Source of the DNA: Candidatus Aminicenantes bacterium
Lineage (GTDB): Bacteria; Acidobacteriota; Aminicenantia; Aminicenantales; UBA4085
NCBI GenBank assembly: GCA_963803915.1
Contig: CAWDOL010000014.1
Location: 24,871 to 88,870, forward strand
Direction: 5' to 3'
DNA: 64,000 nt
Shown here piece after piece: positions 1 to 9,460 of this stretch (within the stretch, counting starts at the first letter, position 1; each line of letters opens with the position of its first letter). A model generated the notes under the pieces. The model did not search any database. It saw only the letters and a list, made by a program, of their open reading frames with translations, and was not told where the DNA came from. The translations under genes and the position numbers were made by a program.

Positions 1-60
1 GCCGACGTGCTGACGTTCCTGCTGTGGTTCGACGAGAACGTAGCGTCCTACGTCAAGTAG
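1..60 (+). CDS. 3' end of a CDS truncated by the window edge (...ADVLTFLLWFDENVASYVK*)
   Basis: Frame 1 is open from base 1 to TAG at 58-60 with GC3-rich codons; too short to assign a family. Confidence 0.5.
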   Translation, partial: ADVLTFLLWFDENVASYVK

Positions 61-211
61 GCTTCCCAACCCGAGATATCCGGAAAAAGACGACTGCTCC
101 CTCGAGATTTTCCGCGCTTCCGCTCCCGGGCAAGGCGGGAACTCCGCCTTTCCGCCGCAATCATCAAGGCCGAAAACCCAATGACGATGAATGGCCGTCA
201 TTTTGGCCCAC

Positions 212-255
212 TTGACAAACAATCGCATATAAGCGATTATCATACATATACGATT
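212..255 (+). promoter_or_regulatory. Putative sigma70 promoter with palindromic operator upstream of padR
   Basis: TTGACA at 212-217, GATTAT 17 nt later (235-240); perfect inverted repeat AATCGC-N6-GCGATT at 221-238. Confidence 0.55.
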
Positions 256-268
256 TAAAGGATTAACC

Positions 269-607
269 ATGTCATCCAAAACGCTCATCGCCGCGGCCGC
301 CAAACCCATCATCCTCTCGATCCTCCAGGCAGGAGAAAGCTACGGCTATCAGATCGTCAAGCGTGTCCGGGAGGAATCAGGCGGAACGCTGGAATGGTCC
401 GGCTCCCTCCTATATCCGGTTATGCATCGGATGGAGAAGGACGGCCTGATCCGGTCAAAGTGGAGGCTCTCGGCAAAGGGCCGGATGCGGCGGTGCTATC
501 TCATCACCGACCTCGGCCGCAAGGAGCTGGCCGTGGAGATGGAACGCTGGTTGAACGTTCATGCCGTGCTCCGAAAATTTCAGAAGCTGGCCGAAGCAGC
601 GGTTTGA
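269..607 (+). CDS. PadR-family transcriptional regulator
   Basis: IILSILQAGESYGYQIVKRV...LLYPVMHRMEKDGLI...RRCYLITDLG winged-helix PadR pattern. Confidence 0.92.
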   Translation: MSSKTLIAAAAKPIILSILQAGESYGYQIVKRVREESGGTLEWSGSLLYPVMHRMEKDGLIRSKWRLSAKGRMRRCYLITDLGRKELAVEMERWLNVHAVLRKFQKLAEAAV

Positions 608-620
608 GGGCGTTCCGAAC

Positions 621-3372
621 ATGAAGACCAGCACCGGAAGATTCGACTTGGACCGGGCCGTCAGCGAATGGAGGAAGAGCCTCCGCCGAAGCCCCGGCCT
701 GGAGGAAGCCCACGTTTGTGAGCTCGAAGAAGGCCTGCGGGACGAGATCGAGGATCTCGTCGGCGCGGGCCTGGAGGAGGAGGAAGCCTTCCGCCGGGCC
801 GCGTCGGACACGGCGGCGCCCGACGTTCTGGGCGGCGAATTCCATAAGGTCCGGACGACGCGCCGCTCGGGGCGAAGCCCCTGGCGGGAGCGGCGGTTCA
901 TGCCGGCCCTTCTTGCGAATTCGATGAAAACCGCCTGGCGGCAGATCCGTCGGCACAAGGGATACGCCGCCCTCAACGTCGCCGGCCTGGCCTTGGGGAT
1001 GGCCTGCGTCCTGCTGATCCTTCTTTATGTCCGCCACGAACTGAGCTACGATCGCCACCACCAAGGCGCCGACCGGATCTACCGCGTCGCCGTCACCAGC
1101 CATGTCAAGGGCTTCGGGGATCTGGCTTCCACGCCCAGGCCTTTGGCGGCCGCCCTCGAGGCCGAGCTGCCGGAGATCGAGGCCGCCGTCAGCCTTCAAT
1201 GCTGGGGGGAGTGGCTGATCCGCACGGAGAACGCGGCGTTCAAGGAAGACCGGGTCCTGTTCGCCGATCCCCGCCTGTTCGACGTCCTCTCGTTCCCGCT
1301 CGTCGCGGGGGATCCTCGCCGGGCCTTGGCCGAGCCAAATGTCCTGATCATCAGCGAGACGACGGCCAAGAAATATTTCGGCAACGAGGATCCCCTGCAA
1401 AAGACGGCTGTTCTCTCGAGGGCCGGACAGGGCGCCGCGGGCGAGGTGAAAACCCTTTATAAAATCACCGGCGTCTTCCGGGAGCCTCCTTCGGCGGCCT
1501 ATTTTCGGCCCGGCCTGATCGCCGCCCTGCCGGAAGAGGATCCTTCGGATGCTTCCGCTTGGGATCACTCGAACGGTATGACCTTCTTCAAAATGAAGCC
1601 GGGTACGAACGCCCGGGAGCTGCAGACGAAAATCCAGGCGCTCTTCGACGCCCATCGCTTCGGCGCGGAGGAGGCGGCCCTGGGGCAGACCCGGGCGCTG
1701 GCGCGCTGGGAGGAAATCCGGTCGCCCATCTATCTTCAGCCTTTGACCTCGCTCCATCTTCGCTCCCATATCGCCGGAGACCTGCCGTCCAACGGAAACA
1801 TCCTGTATATAGCCGTCTTCTCGGCCATCGCCGGCCTGATCCTGGTGTTGGCCTGCGTGAATTTCATCAATCTGTCCACGGCCCGGGCCGGCCTGCGGGC
1901 CAGGGAAGTCGGCATCCGCAAAGTCGCGGGCTCCACCCGCGCGCGCCTGGTCGGGCAGTTCCTGACCGAGACCGCGGTGATGACGCTCCTGGCCTTCGCC
2001 CTGGCCATGGCGGCGGCCGGGGCGGCCCTCCCTCTTTTCAACAACCTCAGCGGGCTCGACCTGTCGTGGCGGGCATTGGCCGATCTCGGATTCCTCTCCC
2101 TCGTCCTGGCCGCGCTCGCCCTCGTCTCCCTTCTGGCCGGGCTCTACCCGGCTTTCGTCTTGTCCTCCGCCGGACCGGCCGCGGTGCTCAAGGGCCGGCT
2201 TCGGCAGGGATCCCGGGGGCGGGTCCTGCGGAAGGGATTGGTCGTCTTCCAGTTCACCATCGGACTCGTCCTGATGACGGGCGCCCTTCTCATCTCCAGG
2301 CAGCTTCGATACATCCGGGAGGCGAACGCCGGACTTCGACAAGGAACAGGTGCTCCTCGTTCGCAACGTTTCGTCTCTCGGCCCGCAGGCGGCCGCGTTC
2401 AAGCAGGAGCTCCTCCGCGGGCGGAACATCCGAAGCGTCTCCCTGACCGCCAACCCGCCCGTGGTCCCGAAGGCCGTCGGAGTCATGGGAGGATTCCGGT
2501 TGGAAGGCCAGGCGGCGGATGCCCGGGGCCTGACGATCAACCTGATGCTCGTCGATGAAGACTATGTCCGGACCATGGGCATGACCATCATTCGAGGCCG
2601 GGATTTTTCAGCGACAAGGGCGACGGATGCCGGGTCGGTGATCATCAATGAACGAGCGGCAAAGGCGTTCGGACTGCGGGACCCCCTCGAGGGACGTTTT
2701 TCCATGAGGCTCCATGACGGGGACGAGCCTCCGGCCCCGGCTCCGAATTTTTCCGTCATCGGCGTGGTCGGGGATTTTCACTTCGCGTCCCTGCGGCGCG
2801 AAATCGAGCCTCTGGTGCTCTTCCTGCGGCCCCGGCCCGTCTACGCCGCCGCGCGCCTGGCGCCGGGCGATCCGGCCGGGGCCGTGGAATTCGTCCGCCG
2901 AACATGGGGCCGGTTCGCGCCGGACCGGCCCTTGGAATATTCGTTCATGGACGAGGTATTCGACGGCCTGTACCGGGCCGAGGAGATGACCGGCCGCGTC
3001 CTGAAGATATTCACGTTCCTGGCCGTCGTGATCGCCTGCCTGGGCCTTTATGGCTTGGCCGCCTTCCTGGCCGAACGACGGACCAAGGAGATCGGCATCC
3101 GGCGGGTCCTGGGCGCGTCGATTCCGGGAAGCGTCGGCCTCCTGATCCGGGAATTCATCGTCCTGGTCGGGGTAGCCAATCTTATGGCCGTTCCGATCGC
3201 CTATCTGATTATGGACAAATGGCTGAAAGGTTTCGCCTACCGGACAAGCATGGACCCGGGGATTTTCGTTGCCGCCGGCGCGATTTCCCTGGCCGTTGCG
3301 GTGGCCACGGTCGCCGGCCAGGCGATCAAGGCGGCCTTGGCCGATCCTGTCAAGTCGCTGCGGTACGAGTAG
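621..3372 (+). CDS. Duplicated MacB/FtsX-type ABC permease (ADOP-like) with N-terminal permease-prefix helical domain; one +1 frameshift near 2334
   Basis: ORFs 561..2558 and 2350..3372 join at GGA-C-TTC-GAC-AAG-GAA-CAG (G..FDKEQV); FtsX motifs NFINLSTAR..REVGIRK and RRTKEIGIRRVLGAS; C-terminus PVKSLRYE. Confidence 0.9.
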
Positions 3373-3407
3373 CCGGGCTTCCGGCTCAATCAACAAGGAG
3401 AATCGCC

Positions 3408-4520
3408 ATGAGAATGAAGAGTATCGGCGCCGCCCTCATCCTCGGCGCCGCGCTCGTGTCCGCCCAAACGGCGGCGGTCGAAGTCGAGGAACTGCCGTTT
3501 CGGGTCAAGAAGCTGAGCGACCGGATCGCCAGGTTTCAGGCGGGTCGCTACGCGACACAATCCTGCCTGACGGTGGTCAAGACGGATCAGGGTTTGATCG
3601 TCATCGACACCGGCTTGACGTCTTCTTTCGCCGGGCAAATGAAACGGAAATTCCGTGAGGTCCTGGGCCGCGACGACGTCCGCTACGTCATCAACACCCA
3701 CTCCCATTGGGACCACACCGGGGGCAATCAGGTGTTTCCCGAGGCCGAGATCGTGGGGCACGAAAACATCGGTCCAACCTTGAAGCGATTCGTCGAAAGA
3801 AAAAGCCGTTTTCTAGCCGAACGGCGCGAATACGCCTCACGACTCGAGAAAGAGCTGGCGGCCAAAGGCCCGGACTCCTCGGAAGGCCCCCTCATCTCGG
3901 AGCGGCTCGAGCAGGAAAAGCTGTTCATCAAGGAGCTCGAGACGACCTATGTTGCGACGCCCCCGACGAAGGCGTTCTCGGATCGGCTGACGCTCCGCCT
4001 GGCCGATCTGACCGTCAAGATGTTCTCCTATTCCGATTGTTTCGTCCCCGGTCCAAGCCGGCATACCGATAACGACATCCTCATCCAAATTCCGGAATTG
4101 GGGCTCTTGCTGACGGGCGATGCCCTCTTCTTCTACGAAAAATCCCTGGCACCCATCCCGCCGCCGGACGATTGGGCCCGTTGGCTCGGCCTGATGGACG
4201 AAATCCTCGTCGAGCCGGTCACGATCGTCAGCGACGGCCATGCCAATCCGCTCCTCGGCGGAGGCGAGATGCTGAAGGCGCTCTATCGGTACACGAAGGA
4301 GCTCTTCGAGGCCGCCATACGGGCCAAAAGGGACGGCACGGATCTCACCACTTTTCAGGGACAAAACACCCTGGACCGGAAGTTCGCCTACCTCAGGAAA
4401 TTCTATGATTTGGATGCCGCGGCCATTCAGGAAGGGCATCGGGCGAATGTGGAAAGATTCCTGCGCCAGGCAGGCAAGAACGAAAACGACCTATCCTCAA
4501 AGGAATTTCTTATCAAATAG
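3408..4520 (+). CDS. Secreted metallo-beta-lactamase-fold hydrolase
   Basis: AAGGAG RBS before ATG 3408; signal peptide; HxHxDH motif THSHWDH, later TGD and GH ligands. Confidence 0.85.
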   Translation: MRMKSIGAALILGAALVSAQTAAVEVEELPFRVKKLSDRIARFQAGRYATQSCLTVVKTDQGLIVIDTGLTSSFAGQMKRKFREVLGRDDVRYVINTHSHWDHTGGNQVFPEAEIVGHENIGPTLKRFVERKSRFLAERREYASRLEKELAAKGPDSSEGPLISERLEQEKLFIKELETTYVATPPTKAFSDRLTLRLADLTVKMFSYSDCFVPGPSRHTDNDILIQIPELGLLLTGDALFFYEKSLAPIPPPDDWARWLGLMDEILVEPVTIVSDGHANPLLGGGEMLKALYRYTKELFEAAIRAKRDGTDLTTFQGQNTLDRKFAYLRKFYDLDAAAIQEGHRANVERFLRQAGKNENDLSSKEFLIK

Positions 4521-4523
4521 GAA

Positions 4524-5399
4524 ATGAACATGAAGAACCTGTTCCTTCTCGTGTGGGTGTTGGCCCTCGCTGGAGTGACCATTCAGGCGCAGCGAAAGGA
4601 CGTCCCGAATGTCACCGGTCCCTACCTCGGGCAAGAGCCGCCAGGACTGACGCCTGAACTGTTTGCGCCCGGAATCGTCTCCCTTCCCGGCAGCAATGAA
4701 TTCAGTGCGTCGTTGTCTTCCGATGGAACGCAGTTCTATTTCAATCGCGGCATGAAGATCATGGTGTGTTCGCTGAATGAGAATCGATGGAGCGTGCCCG
4801 AGCCGGCCTTATTTTCATCCGGATATCCCGCGCACGAAGCCCACCTCACTGTGGACGGCAGAAGAGTGTTCTGGGGCTGGTTCAAAGCCGGCGGATATGC
4901 CATCTACTACAGCGACCGAGTGTCGGCCGGATGGTCGGAGGCCAGGAGTGCCGGTATGGAAGGAAAGGGCTTTGGCCTCACTTCCGATCGGAGCGGTCGA
5001 TTCTTCATCACCAGGACTGGTCCTGGAGTGCCCGCTGTCATTGCCCAAGTCGTGTGGAAGGACGGCACCTTCGTCGATATGCTCCCGATTGAGGGAGAGA
5101 TCAACGCGTCAGTTGGAGTGGTCAACGACAAGGGATTCAGAATCATGGCCCATCCAGCGGTATCTCCCGATGGGAGCTATATCCTCTTCGACTGTAACGG
5201 AGGAAGCCACCTGTGGGTCACGTTTCGTCAAGCTGACGGTACGTGGTCAAAGGCTATCGATCTGGATCGACATGGAATCGACAAGCAGTACGGGATCGCG
5301 ACAGTGTCAAGGGACGGGAAGTACATATTCCTGTCGGGGGGCGGTGATATCTACTGGGTGTCCTCCGAGGGTGTCGAGGCCCTCAGGCCCAAGGAATAG
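4524..5399 (+). CDS. Secreted PD40/TolB-like beta-propeller protein
   Basis: Signal peptide; GPYLGQEPPG..PELFAPGIVS start; PD40-like repeats (HPAVSPDGSYILF, VSRDGKYIFLS). Confidence 0.8.
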   Translation: MNMKNLFLLVWVLALAGVTIQAQRKDVPNVTGPYLGQEPPGLTPELFAPGIVSLPGSNEFSASLSSDGTQFYFNRGMKIMVCSLNENRWSVPEPALFSSGYPAHEAHLTVDGRRVFWGWFKAGGYAIYYSDRVSAGWSEARSAGMEGKGFGLTSDRSGRFFITRTGPGVPAVIAQVVWKDGTFVDMLPIEGEINASVGVVNDKGFRIMAHPAVSPDGSYILFDCNGGSHLWVTFRQADGTWSKAIDLDRHGIDKQYGIATVSRDGKYIFLSGGGDIYWVSSEGVEALRPKE

Positions 5400-5509
5400 C
5401 TGCGCGCCGATTGGCCGGTGACGGTGTGGCCCGTGTGCCAAGGAGCGAACTTTCTGATCTGGTTCGACGAGAAAGCCGCATCCTACGCGCGCTGACCTGC
5501 GCGGTAAGC

Positions 5510-5833
5510 TCAGGCGGGCAGCGTGGCTTTCCGGATGAGGACCGATTCGTCCTGGATATCGCGTCGAGTCCGATCCTCGAGGGCCGCCCAATCGTAAAGC
5601 ACGACCGAGAACGGCAGGGAGGAGGCGGCAAAGGCCGCCTTCAAACCGGCCAGGAGCTCGGCATCGAGAGGCTCCTTGGTCATGAGGAGCATTTCCAGGT
5701 CGGAGTGGCGGCGGGCGATTCCCGAGACCCGTTGGCCGAAGGCCCGGGCATCCGTACCGGGGACGAAACGCTCGAGGATCTCCAACACCTTTTCCAGATT
5801 TCCGGGCAGAATATTAATAGCGGGCATTTTCAC
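5510..5833 (-). CDS. Minimal nucleotidyltransferase (MNT)-like protein with degenerate catalytic motif
   Basis: AFGQRVSGIARRHSDLEM and AFAASSLPFSVVLYDW align with the MNT pattern FGSRxxGxxxxxSDxD...PFxVDxxDW. Confidence 0.75.
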   Translation of the reverse strand: MKMPAINILPGNLEKVLEILERFVPGTDARAFGQRVSGIARRHSDLEMLLMTKEPLDAELLAGLKAAFAASSLPFSVVLYDWAALEDRTRRDIQDESVLIRKATLPA

Positions 5834-6053
5834 TCACTTTCTTTGGGGGGAGAAGTTATTTTAACAGAATCGAAAGGCAGAAGATAGGGCTGGATCAAAA
5901 AAGATATATCTAATACGCGGTTTTATGTAAATTCAGTTGGTTTCATTTCAATTTTTCCTAAAGCGATAACATATTTATGAGTTTGTAATCGCTTTGCAAA
6001 TATACTATCATAAGCAAGCTGGTGCTGAGAATCTGAGTCTGGAGAACGCGTCT

Positions 6054-6338
6054 ATGAAAGTGAAGAAAGCCAAAACCCGCATGATCCGAACCCAGATCCA
6101 GCTCACAGACGAGCAGGCTGCCGGCTTGAAGAGCCTCTCCGCCGCGCAGGGCGGCTCGATGGCCGGATGGATAAGGAAGGCCGTCGACCATTTGCTTCGT
6201 GACGGCGAAGCTCCCAATAGGGAAACGCTCAAACGGCGGGCTTTGGCCGCCATCGGCTCTGGGCACTCGGGAATCGGAGATATCGCCGAAAACCACGACG
6301 CCTATTTGGAAGACGCATTCGATCCTCGAGAAAAATGA
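6054..6338 (+). CDS. Ribbon-helix-helix (CopG-like) antitoxin, VapB-type
   Basis: MIRTQIQLTDEQ...SMAGWIRKAVD RHH pattern; C-terminal SGIGDIAENHDAYL; ATGA overlap with PIN gene; start 6054 or 6081. Confidence 0.85.
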   Translation: MKVKKAKTRMIRTQIQLTDEQAAGLKSLSAAQGGSMAGWIRKAVDHLLRDGEAPNRETLKRRALAAIGSGHSGIGDIAENHDAYLEDAFDPREK

Positions 6339-6736
6339 GAGCTTTTGTAGACACCTCCGCCCTTTTAGCCCTGCTCGACGATTCCGACTTCCGCCAAAAG
6401 GATGCCGCGCGGATTTGGACGCGATTGATCGATTCCGACGCCGACTTGGTGACCCACAGCTATGTCGTTGTGGAATCCATGGCGGTGGTTCAGCGTCGGT
6501 TAGGCAATAAATCCGTTCCCTTCTTGCTGGACGGACTTCTCCCGCTCGTCCGCGTCATCTGGGTGGACGAGGAAATCCACCGCCTCGCGCTGAGCGCGCT
6601 GCGGGCGGCGGCGAAATCCGGCCTAAGCTTGGTCGATTGCGTCAGCTTCGAGATCATGCGACTCAGGGGGTGTGAAGCGGCCTTCGCCTTCGACCGCCAT
6701 TTCGGCGAGCACGGGTTCACAACTCTCAAGCCCTAG
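6335..6736 (+). CDS. vapC: PIN-domain toxin
   Basis: FVDTSALLA, VVVES, LSLVDCVSF, AFAFDRHF acidic PIN motifs. Confidence 0.9.
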   Translation: MRAFVDTSALLALLDDSDFRQKDAARIWTRLIDSDADLVTHSYVVVESMAVVQRRLGNKSVPFLLDGLLPLVRVIWVDEEIHRLALSALRAAAKSGLSLVDCVSFEIMRLRGCEAAFAFDRHFGEHGFTTLKP

Positions 6737-6820
6737 GTCCGTCCCGGCCTTAAACCGCAGCTCCTCTGCCGTCGTATGTATTAACGGCTGACAAAATCAC
6801 GCGCAAATAGGGGGGATGAA

Positions 6821-7996
6821 ATGAAAACCCATCTTAAAGGATTCGTATTCGTTTTTATGATCTTGGCCTTCGCTTTGATGGCAGCAAGCGGCGGGATTCT
6901 CGGGCAGAAGCCCGTCGCCGACGACGTTTTCAAGACGGGCAAGATCCGCTTCGTCCCGCTCGTGACTATCACGGACGAAGCCTTGGGCGGCAAAGGCTTC
7001 TTTTCGCAGCTCTCCGACGTGGCCGTGGACGACAAAGGCCGGGTTTACGTCAGCGACGCCAAGGAGAACAACATCAAGGTCTTCGACGCCGCCGGCGCCT
7101 ATCTCAAGACGATCGGCCGCCTCGGTCAAGGGCCCGGCGAGTTCAACTATCCGACCGAGATCGAATTCGTCCGGGGCCGCCTCTATGTTCGAGAGCTTTG
7201 GAACCACCGCGTATCTGTTTTCGACGCCGAGGGCGTTTTCATCAAGTCCGTTTCCTACGATATGGCCGAGAGCTCATGGTGGGGCATGCGGGCGCTTCCC
7301 GATGGGCGGTTCATCGTTCAAAAAGAAGTCTTCGATTTCAAAGACCTGAACGCCCCGCACGAATCTCGCCTTGACCTGTATTCGGGCGATCTGGTTTTCC
7401 TCAAGACCCTTTATCGGCACGAGATCCGGCAAAACAAATACATTAGTGAGCCGGTCAGGACCAACGTGCCTATCCCGTTCGCGCCCGACGTGCGCTGGAG
7501 CATCTTGCCGGACGGGAAGATCGTGGTCGGTTATTCCGGCAGCTACGAGATCGAAATCCACGACCCCGACAAAGGCAGGCTGGCCTCTTTCAAGCATGAC
7601 TACAAACCGGCGGAAGTCACGCAGAGGGACAAAGAAACCTATTTTCAGGGCATGGTCTCCGGCTACGGCGGCCCGGGCGGTACCACGATGACGAAAGGCG
7701 CCCCGGATCATGTCATCAAGAACACCGAATTTCCCAAGTTCAAGCCCCCTTTCCTTGACCTTAAAGCGGACGGACAGGGCCGCATCTGGGTCGAGCTCTA
7801 TGGCACGACCGCCAGCAATGAAAGCCAGCCTCTGGACATCTTCGATTCCGCCGGAAGATTCCTCGGCAGCGTCCGGATCACGGGCGACTATTCCAGCTAT
7901 CGATTGGCCAACATCGGAGATAGATTCTGGGCCCGGCACATGACCAAGGATGAGGAGTGGACGGTCGTCAAGTACGGCCTTGAAGCCGTGCGATGA
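6821..7996 (+). CDS. Secreted 6-bladed beta-propeller (NHL-like) protein, copy 1
   Basis: Signal peptide; DVAVDDKGRVYVSD..IKVFD..G.YLKTIGRLGQGPGEF repeat motif. Confidence 0.85.
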   Translation: MKTHLKGFVFVFMILAFALMAASGGILGQKPVADDVFKTGKIRFVPLVTITDEALGGKGFFSQLSDVAVDDKGRVYVSDAKENNIKVFDAAGAYLKTIGRLGQGPGEFNYPTEIEFVRGRLYVRELWNHRVSVFDAEGVFIKSVSYDMAESSWWGMRALPDGRFIVQKEVFDFKDLNAPHESRLDLYSGDLVFLKTLYRHEIRQNKYISEPVRTNVPIPFAPDVRWSILPDGKIVVGYSGSYEIEIHDPDKGRLASFKHDYKPAEVTQRDKETYFQGMVSGYGGPGGTTMTKGAPDHVIKNTEFPKFKPPFLDLKADGQGRIWVELYGTTASNESQPLDIFDSAGRFLGSVRITGDYSSYRLANIGDRFWARHMTKDEEWTVVKYGLEAVR

Positions 7997-8268
7997 AATC
8001 AGGCTTCGAGTGCATCCCTCCAGGGAATGTGGAGGAAGCCGGCGCGGACAGGAAATCGACCCTCGGCACGCGAAATGACATAACCGGCAGAGATTCGGTC
8101 GCCCCACTGCGTCACGGAATAGGGCTGCATTTTTAACATGCCAAGTTAAATTTGCAGGGTGCATATCATGGGCTTCCGGCCCGAACGGAAAGCGCCCGTC
8201 CCGCCGATCGCGTTAGGGCGATTCCTGTGGTACCATCACGCTGAAGCGAAGACTCAAGGGGGGGCGAC

Positions 8269-9447
8269 ATGAGATTTAGGACAATCTTTTTACTGATCGG
8301 GTGGGCGGCTATGTCAGGCTTGGATGCCTTCGGCGTTCCGGCCCAGAAGCCTGTCTCAGACGATGTCTTCAAGACGGGCAAGATCCGCTTCATCCCGCTC
8401 GTCGCCATCACGGACGAGGCCATGGGCGGGAAGGCTTTCTTCTCGCAGCCGACCGACCTCGCCTTGGACGACAAGGGCCGCGTCTATGTCAGCGACGGCA
8501 AGGCTAACGACATCAAGGTCTTCGACGCCGCCGGTTCCTTCGTCAAGACGATCGGCCGCTCCGGCCAAGGGCCGGGCGAGTTCACTTTTCTTTGGGAGAG
8601 CGAATTCAGCCGCGGCCGTCTATTCGTCCGAGAGCTTATTAGTAAGCGCGCGACCATCTTCGACGCCGAAGGGAAGTTCATTAAATCCGTCCCGGAAGAA
8701 GGCCCCTTCCGCTGGCGGTCCATGGCGGCTCTCCCGGACGGCCGGATTCTCGTCCAAAAAGAGCTGATCAATTTCAATGACAAGAGTGCACCGCAAGAGT
8801 TCGTTCTCGACCTTCACTCGGCCGACATCGCTTTCATTAAGACCATTTATAGACATGAGATCCGGCGAAACAAGTTCATTAGAGACCCGGTTGCCGCCAA
8901 CGTCCCCATCCCATTCGCGGCCAATGTGCATTGGGCCGTACTCCCCGACGGAAAAATCGCCATCGGTTATTCGGAAAGCTACGAAATCGAGATCCACGAC
9001 CCGGACAAGGGCAAGGTCGCTTCGATAAAACACGCCTATGAACCCGTCGAGGTCTCGGCCGCGGATAAAAAAGACCATTTCGACAGGATGACGATCAACA
9101 CAACCTTAGTCGGCGACGACGGCAGCCGCGCTTCCGGCATCAAGAAAGGCGCCCCGGACTATATCATCAAGAATACCGAGTTTCCCAAGTTCAAACCCGC
9201 CTTCAACAACATCCGGGCGGACGCCCAAGGCCGCATCTGGGTTCAGCTATCCGAACGGATAAACGAAAAAGACGGACCCCGCATGGACGTCTTCGATCGT
9301 GCCGGGATCTTCATCGGAAGCGTCGTGATCACGGGAGGTCTTTTCCCCTACCACATGGCTCCCGTCCCGGAAGGATTCTGGACCCTCAAGGTCGACTCGG
9401 ACGGCGAATGGAGCGCGGTCAAGTACGGCATCGAAGCCGTGCGCTGA
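8269..9447 (+). CDS. Secreted 6-bladed beta-propeller (NHL-like) protein, copy 2 (tandem paralog)
   Basis: Same motifs; shares long identical peptides with copy 1 (DDVFKTGKIRF, KNTEFPKFKP, VKYG.EAVR). Confidence 0.85.
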   Translation: MRFRTIFLLIGWAAMSGLDAFGVPAQKPVSDDVFKTGKIRFIPLVAITDEAMGGKAFFSQPTDLALDDKGRVYVSDGKANDIKVFDAAGSFVKTIGRSGQGPGEFTFLWESEFSRGRLFVRELISKRATIFDAEGKFIKSVPEEGPFRWRSMAALPDGRILVQKELINFNDKSAPQEFVLDLHSADIAFIKTIYRHEIRRNKFIRDPVAANVPIPFAANVHWAVLPDGKIAIGYSESYEIEIHDPDKGKVASIKHAYEPVEVSAADKKDHFDRMTINTTLVGDDGSRASGIKKGAPDYIIKNTEFPKFKPAFNNIRADAQGRIWVQLSERINEKDGPRMDVFDRAGIFIGSVVITGGLFPYHMAPVPEGFWTLKVDSDGEWSAVKYGIEAVR

Positions 9448-9460
9448 GGGGATTCGTTTC

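Noticed and set aside
3408-4520. MBL-fold protein as an antibiotic-resistance beta-lactamase
   Set aside because: HxHxDH is shared by many hydrolases; large helical insert and length do not support a B1/B3 resistance call without a search
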